From Octopus sinensis (lineage: Eukaryota): DNA of 64,000 nucleotides. Every line of letters begins with the position of its first letter. The first letter of the stretch is position 1. Location of the stretch: positions 3,906,001-3,970,000 of the forward strand of contig NC_042997.1 in the NCBI RefSeq assembly GCF_006345805.1, read 5' to 3'. Below the pieces are notes generated by a model. That model saw only the letters and a program-made list of their open reading frames with translations. It did not search any database and was not told the origin of the DNA. The translations under genes were made by a program, and so were the position numbers. Below are positions 15,060 through 29,747 of this stretch, one piece after another.

Positions 15060-16560
15060 ATTGAATTCCGGCGCGCAAAGTTTTTGGGAGTTGAAAATGT
15101 ACTTGAGATTCTACTCATCGATTCTAACCAAATACGGAATAGAGGCTTTAGAATTTTGTCAGAAATTAATTCCAAATGACATACCAGATCAAATTATGAA
15201 ACGGTTTATCATTGAAGGATTAAATTTCATCCTACAAAATACCAAACGGATATCTGGAACTCCAATTCGAAAGAGGTTATTCCCCTCCACCATATTGTAA
15301 TCTAGTTATGACATACTAGAAATCGAACTATTCGAAAATGCTAGATTGTAATTCGGTGATAACTTTCTTAAATCCCTACTCGCCAACTTGAAACGTTATC
15401 TAGAGATGTGTTGCATTGTGTGGTAACAGAATCTGCATAAACATTTGGAGTTTAAGAAATTTGATAACATAAAACACAGTTCCGAATTTGCAATGGAATT
15501 CAATGAAAATTATCTACGCTTTCGGCGCATCCAAATCCTGAAAAGGGATACTAACACCGAAACCGACATCTAGTTTAAACTCACAGGCATAAAACAATAT
15601 CTACTATTTTCTTCATACTATCCAAAACGACTATATAAACTTGAGAAGAAGAATTTGCACCATTTTGTTCAATCATGGTACTCTGAAAAAAAAAGTACCT
15701 TTGCAATGACTTCAAAATATATAAGTCGAAATAGAACACTCAATCAATTTAATAAATAACGGGATAGAACGTACAAAAACGATAGACGTCAAAGAATTGC
15801 GGAATAAAGAAAACTGGCAGTTACACTTAACACTTTACCCCATATATCAACAGTTCGAGAACCGTGCAAGCATACAGCGTCATCAGTCAGAATGTATCCG
15901 TTTTGAAGAAATAAAATGCGAATAGAAAACGCACTCCAAAATTATTAAAAGAAAAAAATAAATTAAGCCTATAGAAATGCTATTTACTAGCTGCAAATTA
16001 CACACCAAAAATACAATCCCAATACACGGCAAAATTACCCGCCTTGACTTCGGTACCTGCATCAATCTTACGGAAGGTTCCATTTATAAGCTCGAGTAAA
16101 GCCAAATATTCATCATAAAAATAAAACATTTCACCTTTGCATTGAGGGACTTAATTCATGTCCTCAATTGCAGCAGATGTAGTGGTGATTACATTGGTCA
16201 AACCAGCTTGCATTTGAGAGGAATATTGACATTACACAGCCAATGGGAATCCACAAATAGGAATATACCCACATGTAAACACCTAGATCTCTTTCACGAA
16301 ATCTAACTTCCAAAATTTTTAATTTTCCTAATATATCAATGCGACAGAAATACTTCAGCCCAATTGCAATTGAATAGGGAATCTGTATTTATTAAGAAAT
16401 ATAAATACCCAGTAACCACAGCTAAATAACCTATGACAGGAGAATGAGAATACTCAAGTTACTCATGAAAAATTACTAGAAAGAGCAGATAAAATTCTAA
16501 AGTAGTAATAACAGGCTGCCTTCGATATTCAAAGTCCTAGCTTCAGACTCCTGTTCAATC
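15060..16560 (+). mobile_element. Penelope-like element, decayed RT, thumb and GIY-YIG
   Basis: Fragments KYGIEALEF..IPNDIPDQIMKRFIIEGLNFILQN, LKRYLE (YxDD position), FAMEFNENYL, KQYLLFSSYYPK, and LIHVLNCSRCSGDYIGQTSLHLR follow PLE RT to endonuclease order. Confidence 0.9.
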
Positions 16561-17380
16561 ACAAAATGTATATCCTAAAACACTAGTTGCTGAGATGAAC
16601 CACGTCGCATTGAATTAGAAGTTTTCTAGTCAAGCTCCTTTTAAGTCTGACATGCAGTTTCACAAACCCCAAACCAACGCTCCATATCATACACACAGAC
16701 ACACACACACACATGCTAACACACACACACACACACGCACACACACACACACACACACACGCGCTAACACACACACACATATGTAGCAGACTTAACATTT
16801 GTAACAAATTTATTAATTTACCAAACCAGTTTCGATGATTTCGTTTACGTTCAACGGTAAAAAATGTTTACGAGAGAATGACGGTTAAGGGGAAAATTTG
16901 GAGAAACGTGCGTGCTTCAATGGATCAAATTTTCATACAAATTCCATTATTTAACAAGTTTCACAGAGATAGACAATTATACAAATTCAAATTTTCGAAT
17001 CATTTTATAAGATTTAAATGAGTGGAATTTCAGTAGCAGTCAGTTATGTTAAGATATGATGCAATTTTCAAACTAAAAAATAAATAAAAAGGCCTTTTAC
17101 AATTCCTGTACTAGTGCATTCCTCATTCCTGGCTTCAATAATGAGAACTTGAATTGGTTTAATCTTGAAGCGCTTTGTATGCCACCGCCTCACCACGTTA
17201 CTTACTAAGGTAAGTACATATATTAAGACTACTAAGCACGCACTAAAATCAGATTAATCAATTAATCGATTGCATGGATTTTTAACGAAAATTTCACATA
17301 CATATACTTTTAGTTTGTACGAATTTTATCCCTAGAATAAGCACTAAAGCCCACATCAATGGACGCTCTGCTTACATTTA

Positions 17381-18820
17381 TACGCTGCTGGACAAAATCT
17401 TAAGACCATTGAAAAGACCGCTGAAATCAACGCCTTGCAGACGGATATATATATGAATATTTTATAGATTCATAATTGGCAAATAGCAAAAGATATGCAA
17501 AAGGATACGTTTAACATTTAATGAAGAAAATATGCATTGTATGAAATTGAACAATATTTTTCCACATCAAAGATTTTACGCCATGACAATAAAAAGTTTA
17601 AATCTGGAATAAAGTCTATAAATTCTGGCATTTATATTGAAGCTTCCGCTTTTGTTAACAACTGCCGTTTGGTTTATTTTGAACCTGATAGGATTGTAGA
17701 GCTCCAGGAAAAGGTCTTTTTCAATGTGCAATATCGAGTGAAATTGGTCGCAGTAAATTGGTCGCCATTTTTATCCTCTTAAAGGAAACGGTTATTTAGG
17801 AAAGTTAGACCAAAGAAAACGGAAAGTTAGGAAAGACACTTGTCTATCATCAAACCAAGTTAATGATGCAGGATGTAGCTCAGACGATATTTTAGAAATA
17901 TGACGACATTCTAAAATGCTAAAAGTCTATAGTAACCCGTCTTCTTCTACGCCAGAAACCTACCCGCTTTGAATGCTTAGAATCACCAAACCTGGGACGT
18001 TCACAACTGGAAGAAAGTGTTATTCTCGGAGGAGAAACATTTCAACCTTCATGGTCCTGGTGGTTTCAGAAGATATTGGAATGTTGTAGCTATTCAACCG
18101 TAAACTTTTTCAATGAGACAAAGTGGTGGAGATTATATCATGTTGTGGGGTACTTTCTCGTACACAGAAACTATAGATCTTATGTTTGTTCAGGGGCGTC
18201 AAATAGCAGTCGGTTATGTTGGTATATTGAAGCGGTCATGACTCTTAACAGAAGGTCCTCGTTTATATTTAGTAAAGTAGATTTATGTACCGTATATTGT
18301 TACAATCGATAATGATCACAAGCAAAAAGATTTCTTAAGAAAGAATATCGTTCATCTTTTGAATCATCCTCCATGTTATTCTGACCTAAACTCCATCGAA
18401 AATTTTTAGGGATCTGTGGCAAGAGCCGTCTACAAAAATTGGACGCAATTTGAGATTGTGGATGCTCCTCGCCAAACAGCCTTTCTTTCATCGCGTAACA
18501 TTCCGGACAACTTCCTTGAAACACTTGTGTCGAGTATGCCACAACGAATCTGTGAACGGTGGAGTTACTAAGTTTTAAGACTCCTTCTTTACTATCTATT
18601 AATTGTTTTCAATTGCTATTTGCAGGGACCTTCAACTTTTGGGTACTTGTAATACAATGCATATTTTGTGTTTAAATGTTAAACATTTCTTTAAGTTGTC
18701 GTATATAATTTTCTCTTTGCCAATAATGAATCTATGCTGAAAAATAGACGAATAAATTGGTCTGCAAAAAGTTCATTTTCACAAGTTTTCACTGGTCCTA
18801 AGATTTTCTCCGGCATTGTA
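17381..18820 (+). mobile_element. Tc1/Tc3-like transposon, near full length, decayed
   Basis: 28-bp TIRs tacgctgctggacaaaatcttaagacca / tggtcctaagattttctccggcattgta; WKKVLFSEEKHFNLHGPGGFRRYW and HPPCYSDLNSIENF*GSVARAVY motifs. Confidence 0.9.
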
Positions 18821-19754
18821 TCATGAATAATAATGCAAACGACGTTAAAATGTCGCATATATTTTCTTCGGAAATAAAGTGACATATCCCTGAAGGAACA
18901 TTATTAATAAGAGATATCTTTAAAGCAATGTTTTACCCTGTCAAGTATCTCATATATCCTATATATGTATATACTACATTAAATATGTAACTAATTTTCA
19001 ATGAAAATATATTTGATACAATGTGATGCGTCAAGATACTTTGTTTATCTATATAATATCATATAATATACTTTAGTGGTTCTTTAGTCTTATATTCTAA
19101 TTGCGTGGGGATAGTGTGTAGATGTCAGTAGATGTTCAACTACAGTCCAAACTATATTTGATTATAGATTGAATCGTAGTGATATTAATATATGATAGCA
19201 ATATATGAAAATTTAAAAATACAGAAATATTGCATTCTTAGTTACATTTGTGTATAAATTTCTGAGCACTTCAATTAATGGATCGTAATGATGGGAATTT
19301 TAAATCAAAATAAATCAAATGGTAAAACAGCTGAATGAAGTTCGTGATAGTAATACAGTGTAATTTCAAATTTCTGTTTACAATAATTAGATTCGCATAT
19401 TGATTTATTTCATTTTTCATCAGAAGCATATATATGTAGTTTCGAATTTACTACATCAGACATACGAATCCCAATAATATGAAAAAAAATTTAATATAAA
19501 ACATGAATATATATGGAAACATAGATATAAATTTGTTTTCAACGTAAGACTGCTACATACATAAAACATTAGTGTGACGTAAATGAGATATATTTACAAT
19601 TTTACTACCAAACTCAAATAATATGTTATCAAAATTATAGTCATAATTGTTGCTGACGTTTATCCTAAGGCCAAAACAGACTGAGCTCAGTTATCATAAA
19701 ACGCATTATAAAATTTCTCGCTTAAAATATACTGAAAGAAAATAAGATATTGTA

Positions 19755-19900
19755 TTATACATGTGACTGTAAAGGATTTCCTGCCCAATCAGTATGGAGG
19801 GCGCTTACAATTATTGGAATAAGAGGAAAGGCGCGAAAAGTGGCCACCTGCTGAATGGAAGAAGTAACAGAAAATCATACGAGCTATGGAGGGATAGAAG
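19755..19900 (+). mobile_element. RLE-type non-LTR retrotransposon 3' fragment (HERO/R2-superfamily-like)
   Basis: CKGFPAQSVWRALTIIGIRGKARK matches the GCRGFPAQSVW..L..LGI.G C-terminal motif. Confidence 0.7.
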
Positions 19901-20283
19901 GAAGTTTTGCAGGAAACCAAAGGATAAAGAACAGTGTTTTTGGCCATATTTGCTAGACCATCAAAGTGAGAGTGTTATAGTTAAGGGTCTAAACACCAGA
20001 TTATCTTTGGATAACGTTTGATTATATAAATCCCTCCTGGTGGAATCTCCATTCACCTTAGAATCAGTCTCTTCTAGTTGTTATCAATTACGCACACAAA
20101 GACACACACACACATACACCACACACATATTCACACACACACGCAGTGATACGTACATACATACATATATATACATATAAATGCATAAGTGTGTGTACAT
20201 ATATCTATGTACATACGAATAGAAGCAGGTATGACAATTTCGCGTTTATATATGTATATATATATCTATATATATATACACAT

Positions 20284-20328
<45 letters not shown>

Positions 20329-20329
20329 T

Positions 20330-20510
20330 TTCACAAAACGAAAACAAAAGACGAAGACAGTTGGTGTAGACAACAAGATATGTATTAGTATAACGCTCGG
20401 GAAGTGAAAATGTCTTTAAGGTTTCGAGCCTGCGCTCTTTCACATAAAGGGATACAGAAAGAAACAAGGAGAGAAAATAAAGAATGGGTAGTGGATAGCG
20501 ATCTATCATG
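20330..20510. repeat. Dispersed repeat (PLE terminal-repeat-like), also at ~33410-33590 and ~34030-34190
   Basis: Shared tagtataacgctc.ggaa...cgtttcgagcct.cgctctt..acaga motif in three places; the PLE link is inference. Confidence 0.7.
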
Positions 20511-20513
20511 ATT

Positions 20514-20578
<65 letters not shown>

Positions 20579-20584
20579 ATCATT

Positions 20585-20745
20585 GAGGTCGGCTAGCTGG
20601 CATATTCCGCCGAGGTTGATTTTAACTTTAATCTTTCGGTGTCGATTAAATACGTATGAGTTACACACTGCTGTCGCTGTAACCGACTTATTCCCCCTCT
20701 TTGCCTCCTCTTTATGTCGACCTCTCTGTGCAATTAAGAAATATA
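20585..20745 (+). mobile_element. tRNA-type SINE, internally deleted
   Basis: agctggca...attccgccgaggttgatttt...gtcgattaaata...gtaaccgactta; same family as 31622-31803. Confidence 0.7.
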
Positions 20746-20749
20746 TTTA

Positions 20750-21982
20750 TATACTGTTTTGGCATTTAATTTGCCGCCGTTTTTTAAATCAAAATTTTTA
20801 AAAAGAGTTTAATAAAAAGTGTAACAACTAATTAATCAACAATTATTCAGCCTTGTTGTTTACAAATTCTTCCCAACGTCCAATAAGATTGTCAATAACT
20901 AGTTGGTAGAAACCACCTGATTTCGACTCGAAAAATTGATCCAGCCAATCTCTTATTTCTGCATCAGTATTGAACGAATCCCAACGCATAACATTTGAAA
21001 CAGATTGAAAGAGATGGAACTCCGTTGGTACCAAATGAGGAGAGTACGGATGCTGTGGCAGCCCGTTCCACTCATTCGTTTGAATGGCTTCCTCGGTCAT
21101 ATTGGCGATATGAGGGCGGGAGTTGTCGTGCAGAAGAAGAACTCCATGATGCCGATTAGGTCCTTTGTTTTTAATAGCCCTGTTCAGTTGTCCCAACTTT
21201 TTCTGTTCAAGCAATTCGTAATGGATAATCCCATTCCAGTGCCCACCATACGCTCAAAATCGTTTTACGCGGACGAAGATCTTGTTTCACGCGTGGTTTC
21301 ATATCGATGTACAAGCACCATTTTTCGTTGCCAGTAACGATTCAGTAAAAAAACTGTTGCTTGCGTCCATGAGTTGAGTGGTGACGAGCATGCAAACCAG
21401 CGGAAATTGTGGCTCGTTGATTGTTGTTTTTGTCACTTAAAGCATGTGGAACCCATGCTCCATTTGGACCTTTCCCATCGAGTGAATATGCTTCTTTATA
21501 GCAGTTTAGGAGCATTCCATTCTCTCTGCCAGTTCCCTTGTCGTCTGACGAGAATTTTCGTGCAAAATTTGGTTTAATCGCTCTTCATAGAACTCAACTG
21601 AACGGCCAGAACGAGGTGCGTCTTTGAGGTCAAAATTTACATTTTTGAATTTGGCATACCTATCATGAGCGGTTCTTTCATCTATGGCACCCTATCCATA
21701 CACATCACAAATGTCACGAGCAGATTTTGTAGCCTTGGAACCTTGATTAATTGCGAAAAGAAGGATGTGTCGCAAATGCTCGTTTTTCTTAACTTGAAAT
21801 TCCATTTTCATGATCTGAAAATAGATAAAAATTAACTAAAATTAAGTAGAAAAAAACAAAACATATTCCAAAATGATTCAAAAGTAGAATTCTCAAAAAA
21901 AAAGTTAGATTCCAAAGTTTAAAACGGTGACAAATTAAAAAAACAAAAACCCCGGCTGGAACTTATTTGCCAGCACAATATA
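20750..21982 (-). mobile_element. Mariner transposon, decayed
   Basis: ORF 20843-21214 LLLHDNSRPH...QHPYSPHLVPTEFHLF (HDNARPH / YSPDLAPSDYHLF motifs); weak TIR-like ends. Confidence 0.9.
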
Positions 21983-22718
21983 TATACACACACACTCACA
22001 CACACATGCGTACATTCATATTTGTATATACGTTTGTGTGTGGCTGGGTGCAGTTGAGTATGTGTTTATATATACATATGTGTGTATGTGTGTGTGTGTT
22101 TGTGTGTGCGTACCTGTTTACCTGAATGTCGTCCCCTTAGGTTTGTATGAAAAGCTGACTTTCCTATGGATTCTTTCATAACATTTTCATATCATCTGCT
22201 ATCTTCATGAGAGTATGTATTACGTAATAGAAGTGAATGACCTGACGGTGATGCTTTCATTACATTGCTTATTTTGTCGTTCCACATATTGCCGGGGCGT
22301 TAGTATTGTACATGAACAAATCCCTTCAGATAACGCTAAACTATTCAATGAATTCAATAAAAACGAATATCATTGCCGGCTTGTTATTTATTCTGCTAAG
22401 CAACACTATCAGTGTTGAGAGGTGATTTGTATTTTCAATCGCTGATTCTTCACTATAACTTCTAAAATATTTCAGAATATACGATTATACGCTGCTGATT
22501 AAATTTTAATTACGTAGTCACTAAAATGATTACAGTCAACAATGCTACAGTAAATAAACGCAAACAGAGCTATTGACAGTATCGTTATTTAATGTTTACA
22601 AAGAAAATTCTTAACTGACAGTATTTCGTTTTTGTACTTCTTGGTCATACAATTACCGACTCATAACTGCATACTCACAATTGTGCATGCAAAAACAACA
22701 CACTCAGACACACCAATG

Positions 22719-22749
<31 letters not shown>

Positions 22750-24237
22750 ACACACACACCCTTATTATATACATATGCTACGTCATATATGGTTTCTCTA
22801 TAGCATCAAATAAATTCACTTTTTTTTCTTAACGTAACAAATTTCTTCTCTTAATTTGCAAATAATTATATGTTCGTTTTTCTGCTTGATATGAATCTGA
22901 TAAGATATTTTCTATGCATATCTTAAATTTTTCGCTAGGATTTATTCGATTGCCATCTTAAATAAAATTGCTTTCATCTCAAAAAAATTGCAATTAGCAT
23001 TCTTTCAAAGATATCTCGAAACTAACCTCTTAATCAATGTCTTTCATTGAATATCTAGTGATTCGTATAATACGTTCTGTTCTGAACTAAATATTAAATA
23101 TTGCCTGTGGCAACTATTGTTGAAAGTAAATTACGGTAAAGAAAGGTTTCGTCTTAATTCAGCATATTTGCTACGCCTACTTCTTTCCCCAAGGCGGACA
23201 TTCATCGATTACCTCCCTTCTCGTCTTCTTTTTTTTTCTTCAATAATGTACAATTATGACCCACTCTTTCACAATTTCTCACTAATTCCCCAGTGCTCTG
23301 TCACTGTCTCCTTTTGTACTTTTAGCTAATGTTTCTTTATATGTATGGTTGTGTGTGAACGGATGTTATCGAGTTTGTTGCATGTGTGTTTGTGTGTGTG
23401 TGTATGCCAATTATAATGAATGTTGACTATATTTTCTATCCGTACAATCTTGTCTGTTTACTCTTATTTCATTTGCGATTTTCGTCAGAAATCAGGCAGA
23501 GTGTTCTAAGGCATCACGTATTGCTACCTTTACTAATGATGAAATTCTCAATTGAATTGCCTTGTTAGACAATCAGTACTGGTCAACATTGAGAATTTAT
23601 TATTTGATTGTCAAGAGATGACAATAAATTGAAATGCTTGAAACGCAAATGAGAACGTAAATATCACTTGTGTGTGGTCACATTGCCAAAACTTTAAAAT
23701 ACAAAAAGAGGGAAGTTGCCAACAGACAATTGAATTATTCTATTCACAATTTTTTTTCTAGTTTTCCACCTATTTGTTTTTTGTTACTCATATATTTACA
23801 GTCTTACAATTTTTTCTTTACTGTTTTCCGTCTATTCAGGCTTCTTAATATTTTTTTGTTAAAAATTTAATCTTTATTCTAATAATCTATATTTTCTGAT
23901 GCCACTTCTTTTCTGTTTTCCATTTTTGTATTTTCTTGTCAATAATTATTTCGATGTATTTTGTACTTCTCCATAACTTTATTTTTGTTTTGGTTATTAT
24001 GAGATTTATTGAAAATTTATTCCGAATATGCATATGCGATACGAATATGCATAAATGATTGAGTTCACCTGTATAATAATTCGTCGTTTATATTGGAATA
24101 ATTTTCATTTATATTGACTTGATGTGTCAGTGCTTCACATTGAGTCGGATACTATCCATATTACATATTTATTAAGACCATAATCTAAGTATACAACTCA
24201 TAATTCATAGTTTACCTTGTAAGAAATATATTTCGCG

Positions 24238-24998
24238 CGAGGTCTGATCAATAAATTTTCGAACTGTTGCCATAGTAACGAAGGTATAAAATACAGAGTA
24301 AAGCCGTTTGACAAAGATTGACCTTGAAATCGTCTCTGCAGGTATCCTTAATTTTCACGTTCTACTTCACTTACGCTGTTTACAGCAATGCTTGGATGGA
24401 CAGTGTGTAGTGTGTGATCGTCGCGTTGACCATGACAGAAAATGTTGTCATTAGAATACCTGCTCAGATGCCAACACAAAGCTACAGAATGTGTACGGAG
24501 ATGTGTGTATGAGCCGCCCACAAGTGTACTAGTGGTTCAGACGTTTCCAAGATAACCGAAAAGATGTCGATATTGACGAATGTTTGAGAGACCCACAACC
24601 AGCAAAAGTGATAACAACATCACTGATGTGCGTGCAGCTATGAGGGGAAATCATCGAATCACCATCCATAAGTTTTCACAGGATGTGCAGAAAAGTTGCG
24701 GCTCAGTTAAATCCTTTATCACTGAAGATTTGGGTGTGACACATGGGTCTACCAAGTTTGCGCGACAACTGCTCTCAGCTCAGCAAAAAGACACTTGGGT
24801 TTCAAGTGCACAAGATTTTCTTGATTGTGTCGAGAACAATGGAAATTGTTTAATAACTTTGCATAGGCCCTTAGGATGATATTGCATAGCTTTTGTGAAA
24901 TGCTACACACGCTAATCCGGTCACTCTGTGCCAAGCGAGTTTTCTCTGCGTGTTTTAGCATCGTTAGGATGACTCCGGATACTTATTCATCAGACCAC
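24238..24998 (+). mobile_element. Internally deleted mariner element
   Basis: TIRs gaggtctgatcaataaattttcgaac / ctccggatacttattcatcagaccac; only the N-terminal DNA-binding region remains (VYGDVCMSRPQVY*WFRRFQ...RPTTSKSDNNI...RITI). Confidence 0.85.
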
Positions 24999-25867
24999 TT
25001 CCAAGTTTGATCAAATATAACAAAATTGTATTAACTGCTAGAAACATTTCCACAATTATAACAGGTAAACTTATAATTCATTCGTGAATACTGCCAATCA
25101 TCAATTGATATCCATTTCAGTTTTTAACAGGAAAGAGTATTCTAAATTACTTATGAAAGTTACTTCACTGCAAAATTAAGGCAGTGACCCGGCAGAACCT
25201 TGAATGCGTAGAAAAAATGCGTTGATTTATTTGTTTCAACTAAAATGCATTCAAACTGGATCTTATATTCTCAAGGTGGGTGGAATTTATTACCTGTGAT
25301 GTAGTTGGTTTCATGGAATTAGCTCACACTCATCTCTGACAATTATTGGTGCTGTACCTAAGACCGAAGCTGTTATTTTACATGGAAATTAGTAGAATAT
25401 AGCTGGTAAAATTTATATATTTTCAGATGAGAAAGCACACAGTTATAATTTTCATACTGTAATCCATAAATATGTATATGTATGTGTATGTGTGAGTGTA
25501 TGTGTGTGTGCGTGTGTGTGTGTTTGCGCGTGTGTGAAGACAAATACTAAGGAATTAAATGAAACAGACATCTTAGAGATAGACCTTTGAAATACGAAAC
25601 TACAAAATATGCGTATTTTGATATTAATAAAAAATTCATAGATATATAATAAGCTGTGCTCCATCATGGCCCCCGTCATATGAATGAAATAAGTAAATGA
25701 TATTTGGGGAAGCAAAACGGAGTCATAAAAACATGAAGATTGCCTGTAAGTGGAATGTAGTTGGACTTGCAGGAATTTCTATATTGTAGGTATAATGAAA
25801 GCTAAAATCTCAAAATACAAATAGACACAAATTGAAGTATATTTTAGTTATTTAGTTACTACGAAAC

Positions 25868-25941
25868 TTAGCATTTTCACAGCATAATCGAGGAGTGAAT
25901 ACAAGTTTATGGTGAATTAAATCTTTAATTTTATATGTATC

Positions 25942-25999
<58 letters not shown>

Positions 26000-26062
26000 A
26001 ATTTTAGATTTAATTCACCATAAACTTGTATTCACTCACCGATTATACTGTGAAAATGCTAA
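25868..26062. repeat. ~72-bp inverted arms around a (TA)n spacer
   Basis: 25868-25939 is the reverse complement of 25991-26062 with few mismatches. Confidence 0.9.
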
Positions 26063-26510
26063 TAATATGTTACATTACTCGATAGTCAAGATAAAACTCT
26101 GAGTTTCAGATGCTGAAGTGGGAATCTACGACATCTCTTCGGTTAATATTGAGGTCTCTTTCTTTCTTTTGTTATCTTACCGTTTCATCAATAAATAACC
26201 TCCCGGACGACGTTATTCTCAACTAAGAGCTTATACGGCCTTTTTGGATTATCGCCTAACATCGGTTGAGGACTCTCACACACAGAAGAATTTAATATGG
26301 ATGCATATCACATAGATTATTCTATGAAAAAGATAGCGTTTTCAAATAGCCAGATAACCGAAGAGATGTCGTGGATTCCCACTTCGGCATCTGAAACTCA
26401 GAGTTTTATCTTGACTATCGCGTAATGTAACATATTATTGTATAGATAAATTTTCTCTATTTACATAATATTGAGGTCTCTTTCTTACTTTTGTTATCTT
26501 ACCGTTTTAT

Positions 26511-26514
<4 letters not shown>
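26062..26514. repeat. ~83-bp inverted repeat plus ~49-bp direct repeat
   Basis: 26062-26143 is inverted at 26355-26438; aatattgaggtctctttc...ttaccgtt.atcaata occurs at ~26144 and ~26467. Confidence 0.9.
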
Positions 26515-26568
<54 letters not shown>

Positions 26569-29500
26569 GGTGTGTTTGTAATCGATATGAGTCCGTTTAA
26601 ACAGTCCAGTTTTTTTATGTTTCACCAGTGGTGGATTAAAACTACTGAAGGACGTCTACTATCGCAATCTTCGATATCATCATCATAGTTTTAGTCTTCG
26701 ATGTCAACATTGCCACCATCATCATCACCACCATTATCATCATCACCTTCATGTGTAGCATGTTGACTAACATAATCGTAGCTATACCATTTTAAATACA
26801 GTTTCTTCCAATCCATTTTCTCCTCATTCAACATTCACTAGCAAAAGACAAGTTGCCCTTGCCAATGGTTATATGAATGTATTTGCAATACCTAATAGTT
26901 ACCCATCGCTTTCCTGAAAGCTAAATCCTTTTTCAATTTCCCATTCTACCATTATTTAAAATGAAATACGTTCTAACTCCGAGACTTTGAGACTTTGAAT
27001 AATTGAAAAATAGTTTTTATATTAAGAAACTTTTAATTGAATAATTATTGAAACTTTGGCTGATTTTTTAAGCGGCGGTACCTGTAGGAAATAGAAAGAA
27101 TATGAAATGGGAAAATTTCCTCGGTTGCAGGATTTGTTTCCTTTCAACACTGTTGTTCATTCTTTTATATCATATAAATATTACATTGGCATTTGAAATT
27201 ATAAATTTCGTCTGCAAAAAATTAAATTAGCAAACTAAATGTTAAATGCTTTTATATTACCTTTCTCTTATATTTGAAATAACCTTAGTTTTAATAAATA
27301 AAATTTATATACCAAATGTTAAAACTTCCATTTTTTATTACTTCATGCCATTATACCTATAGCCGCTGAATACAATGCCCTGAAATTATAATAGGTAGGA
27401 ATATATATATTTAGAAAATCTAAAGAGAAAAATACAAAACTTGCTAAGCATGGTTAATCATATGTAAAACTGGTGCAAGTATACTGTTTATTTTGTATAT
27501 AAAAATACCCATGTACGATATTTTTCTACATATATTTTAATCACCAGACTAAAGATTAATTACCTTCTTATTGCATTACGCCAACAATTTCAAATAATTT
27601 CATCTATAATACATAAATTTAATCTATACTATAATGGAGAAAGCTGTTTATTAATTAGGTAAGTAAAATTACTAAAAGTACGAAAAGATAGCAATTATTA
27701 AAGGGTTGACCACCTGGAAGTATTTTTATGTTCTAAACAATTATATATAACCTTAAGTTCTCAAGTTTAATTAAATTTTTGTAAATTTAAATATTCACTG
27801 CATCCAATTCATCACAGATTGAAACATTCATTGCATTCCCTGCGGAGTATTTTATTTTCATTGGCAAATTCTGTCACTTTCTCTTTCAAGACTTAAGTCG
27901 CTATTAATGTACACGTCATGCAAAACATTATTTATTGAAGTGAATTTCTTTTTAGAATACACGTATAATTTTTGAACGCTTGATAGCTGCCTGAAGAACT
28001 TAGAAAGTTGGGTAATTAGTATTAGAAGACGAGGAGAAAAACCTTACCGACAAGTACACGAAACTTCCACATTATTCACAGTTTCCGAACACAACTTCAA
28101 AAGTGACACACACACACCAGTGCACACTCGCGCACACACATAGATACACATACACACATATGAAAGGTAATGAATGTCTGTTTGCGCGCGTGTGTGTGTG
28201 AGTATTTGTGTGTGTGTGTGTTGTTAACTGACTAAACTTCGTGCTACATCACTTTTGTGAAGTCTTGTCAGTGAAGAGGTCACGGTTTTAAAGAGAAGAA
28301 AATATGATGACACAAATGAAGTTTTAATGTTAAAGTGAAACTAACGGTATTTGTGTTCGTAAATAGTTTACCAACATCTTCCATGCTGCAATTGTTGTTG
28401 TTTCAGCATACGATTTCAGATCAAGTTAAATGCTATGCAAGCACATCTCCGTAATTTTTTTTTAATCACTGTAGATAAATGCCGGTATTGACCATCTGAA
28501 GCGCTCTAATATTTTAATTTCTAAACAGAAACAATCGGAGGCAGGGAGTGGGTTTGCAAAAAAATTCATAATTTCTCTTTTTTTTCTTTTTTCTAGCATA
28601 TGAATGTATTTGTGGGGAAAATATTGAAGAGCATCAAAACATGCGAGAGTGATACAGAAACGAGGAGGGGTGACTTTGTATGTGCCAGAAACACCAGCAC
28701 AGTCACCTCTAAATCACTTTTCCCTCTGAAAATATTCACAATATTTTTTGTTTTTTTTCCCGAAAATGCTCTTTCCGTGGTCTGGAAGAGCAAAAAAAAT
28801 TGGCCAAAATATGTCCGGATTTGGATGATGAGGGTGTGAAGCGTTTTCACAGTTCTGTTCATACAAAGATACTCCCATCAAAACCATCATTTCGAATGCA
28901 GTCGTTTTAACGATCCTGGAAAACATATACCCCACAAATTACTTTATAATCTTAATATATGCCGTTTGAAAGGAGTTTGTATAAATTTCCATTAAAAGAA
29001 ATCCATAGTTATGGAGGGGAAAATGCCCTCCCCCCGCAAAAATTATTTCCCATAACTCCCTATATACTATCAAACCACAGCATCTAAGTTGTATTTGTAG
29101 AAAATTTTGTTAAAATATATCCGTTTTCCTGGATGTTATGAGGCAACAATTTCAGGGGCGTAAACACCTGAAGCAATTCCCTTTTATTTATACGTTTTTT
29201 TCATTTCATGGTTATTTCATTCATTCTTTGCTATGTTGTCTCTCTCTCTCTCACACTGCAAAACTTACAGACGTACTGCTGAAGTGAAATCTCTATATTT
29301 CTTTGAGGGGTAGTTAAAACTTGACAAACTGTTTCTCTCTGTGTTGTTGGGCTACCGTGATGTTTGTTCAAAAAAGAGAGATTGTGACTGTGATAAAATA
29401 AGGAATGCAATATTTACTAAGCAAGGGCGAACTATTATACAAGGACATAATTAGACGTAAAATATAAAAATTATTAGACATGGGAATTAAATGTGTAAAT

Positions 29501-29723
29501 ATTTTCATGTGGCTAGCAGAAAACCACCAAGAGGACGGTCTTTCTTCTAGTATACATAATAAAGAAATCTGTTGGTTAACTACGTGTGACAACAATGATG
29601 TTTCCTTATTTAAAAAATAATCGGATTTTTTCGGTTTGAACGGCAGTTTTTTCTAGCGGTGTCATATGAATTTGTCACACATAATTATGACCCTAGAATC
29701 GATCTATTGCATTTCAATCTCTT

Positions 29724-29747
29724 TTAGGGTTAGGGTTAGGGTTAGGG
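29724..29747 (+). repeat. Interstitial (TTAGGG)4
   Basis: Four exact telomeric hexamers in otherwise non-microsatellite sequence. Confidence 0.9.

Noticed and set aside
14783-15175. Poly-E/K/R/L/F ORFs
   Set aside because: (AAG)n microsatellite.
17115-17215. Perfect AAG|gtaagt donor on the plus strand
   Set aside because: All three frames of the putative exon contain a stop; at most a non-coding exon.
28540-29160. Possible non-autonomous DNA transposon
   Set aside because: No TIR pair or TSD identified.
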